Assembly (NCBI GenBank): GCA_000934665.2 | Contig: JYFJ02001685.1 | Location: 1 to 64,000 of the forward strand | Direction: 5' to 3' | Length of the DNA stretch: 64,000 nucleotides | Source: Catajapyx aquilonaris | Lineage: Eukaryota | In this document: piece after piece, positions 63,579 through 64,000 of the stretch | Layout of the letters: the number at the start of each line of letters is the position of its first letter | How positions within the stretch are numbered: position 1 is the stretch's first letter | Position numbers and translations under genes: made by a program | Notes under the pieces: model-generated | Told to the model about the DNA's origin: nothing | What the model saw: the letters and a program-made list of their open reading frames with translations, nothing else | Databases searched by the model: none

Positions 63579-64000
63579 CTATGGTATAGATTAAGGGTTT
63601 CCAGATTGCAAATTAAACAGCTGGAAAAGCAGAGACAAAAGAAATGTTTATTTGGTCTCTGCTTTTGGTGCAAAGTGTTGAAACATCTCCCCAAAAAACT
63701 GCACGTTTATTCATGAGCCATTTTCCTTCATGTGAGATGCACTTGCAAAAAGGGACTCATGATAACAGTTAAGCAGTTAAACTAGCATGATATCACGAGT
63801 CCCGTTTTGCAAGCACATCTCACATGAACGCAAATGTATCGTGAATAAACGTGCAGTATTTTGGGGAGATGTTTCAACACTGCACCAATCTTTTCCCCAT
63901 GTTAACGTAGGACAATGACTGCTGCCCCACTTGTCTGCCCAGTCTGGCTTCCAACTGCCGCTGTGCATGGTTGCCATTTCTTGTGATGTGTCACTTCATT

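Noticed and set aside
1..64000. Hammerhead ribozyme cores (CTGANGA...GAAA)
   Set aside because: The CTGANGA hits I inspected by eye lacked the required flanking stems; the scan was not exhaustive, and an Infernal search would be decisive.

Overview
Gene-dense eukaryotic (animal, probably arthropod) genomic DNA with spliceosomal introns; there are no prokaryotic features or CRISPR arrays. Ten protein-coding genes were reconstructed by hand from GT-AG boundaries with consistent intron phases. In order they are deltex (-, runs off the left edge), CCDC92-like (+, head-to-head with deltex; its first coding exon is missing from the ORF track), an orphan two-TM gene (+), GLTP (+), TMEM17 (-), a SPOP-like MATH-BTB gene with an intronless CDS (+), a small zinc-finger gene (+), a myristoylated TLDc-domain gene (-), PR-Set7/KMT5A (-) and strawberry notch (+, head-to-head with PR-Set7, runs off the right edge). 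Introns hold many non-autonomous DNA transposons (hAT, Tc1/mariner, PIF, Sola-like and Kolobok-like MITEs, several nested), transposase relics and tRNA-derived SINEs. The most notable points are the apparent deep conserved linkage (as I recall, human DTX1, CCDC92, GLTP, KMT5A and SBNO1 all lie in 12q24, with SBNO1/KMT5A adjacent and divergent), a U12-type donor in sno, an in-frame uORF in the PR-Set7 leader and two orphan genes. I found no clear evidence of a wholly new biological system.
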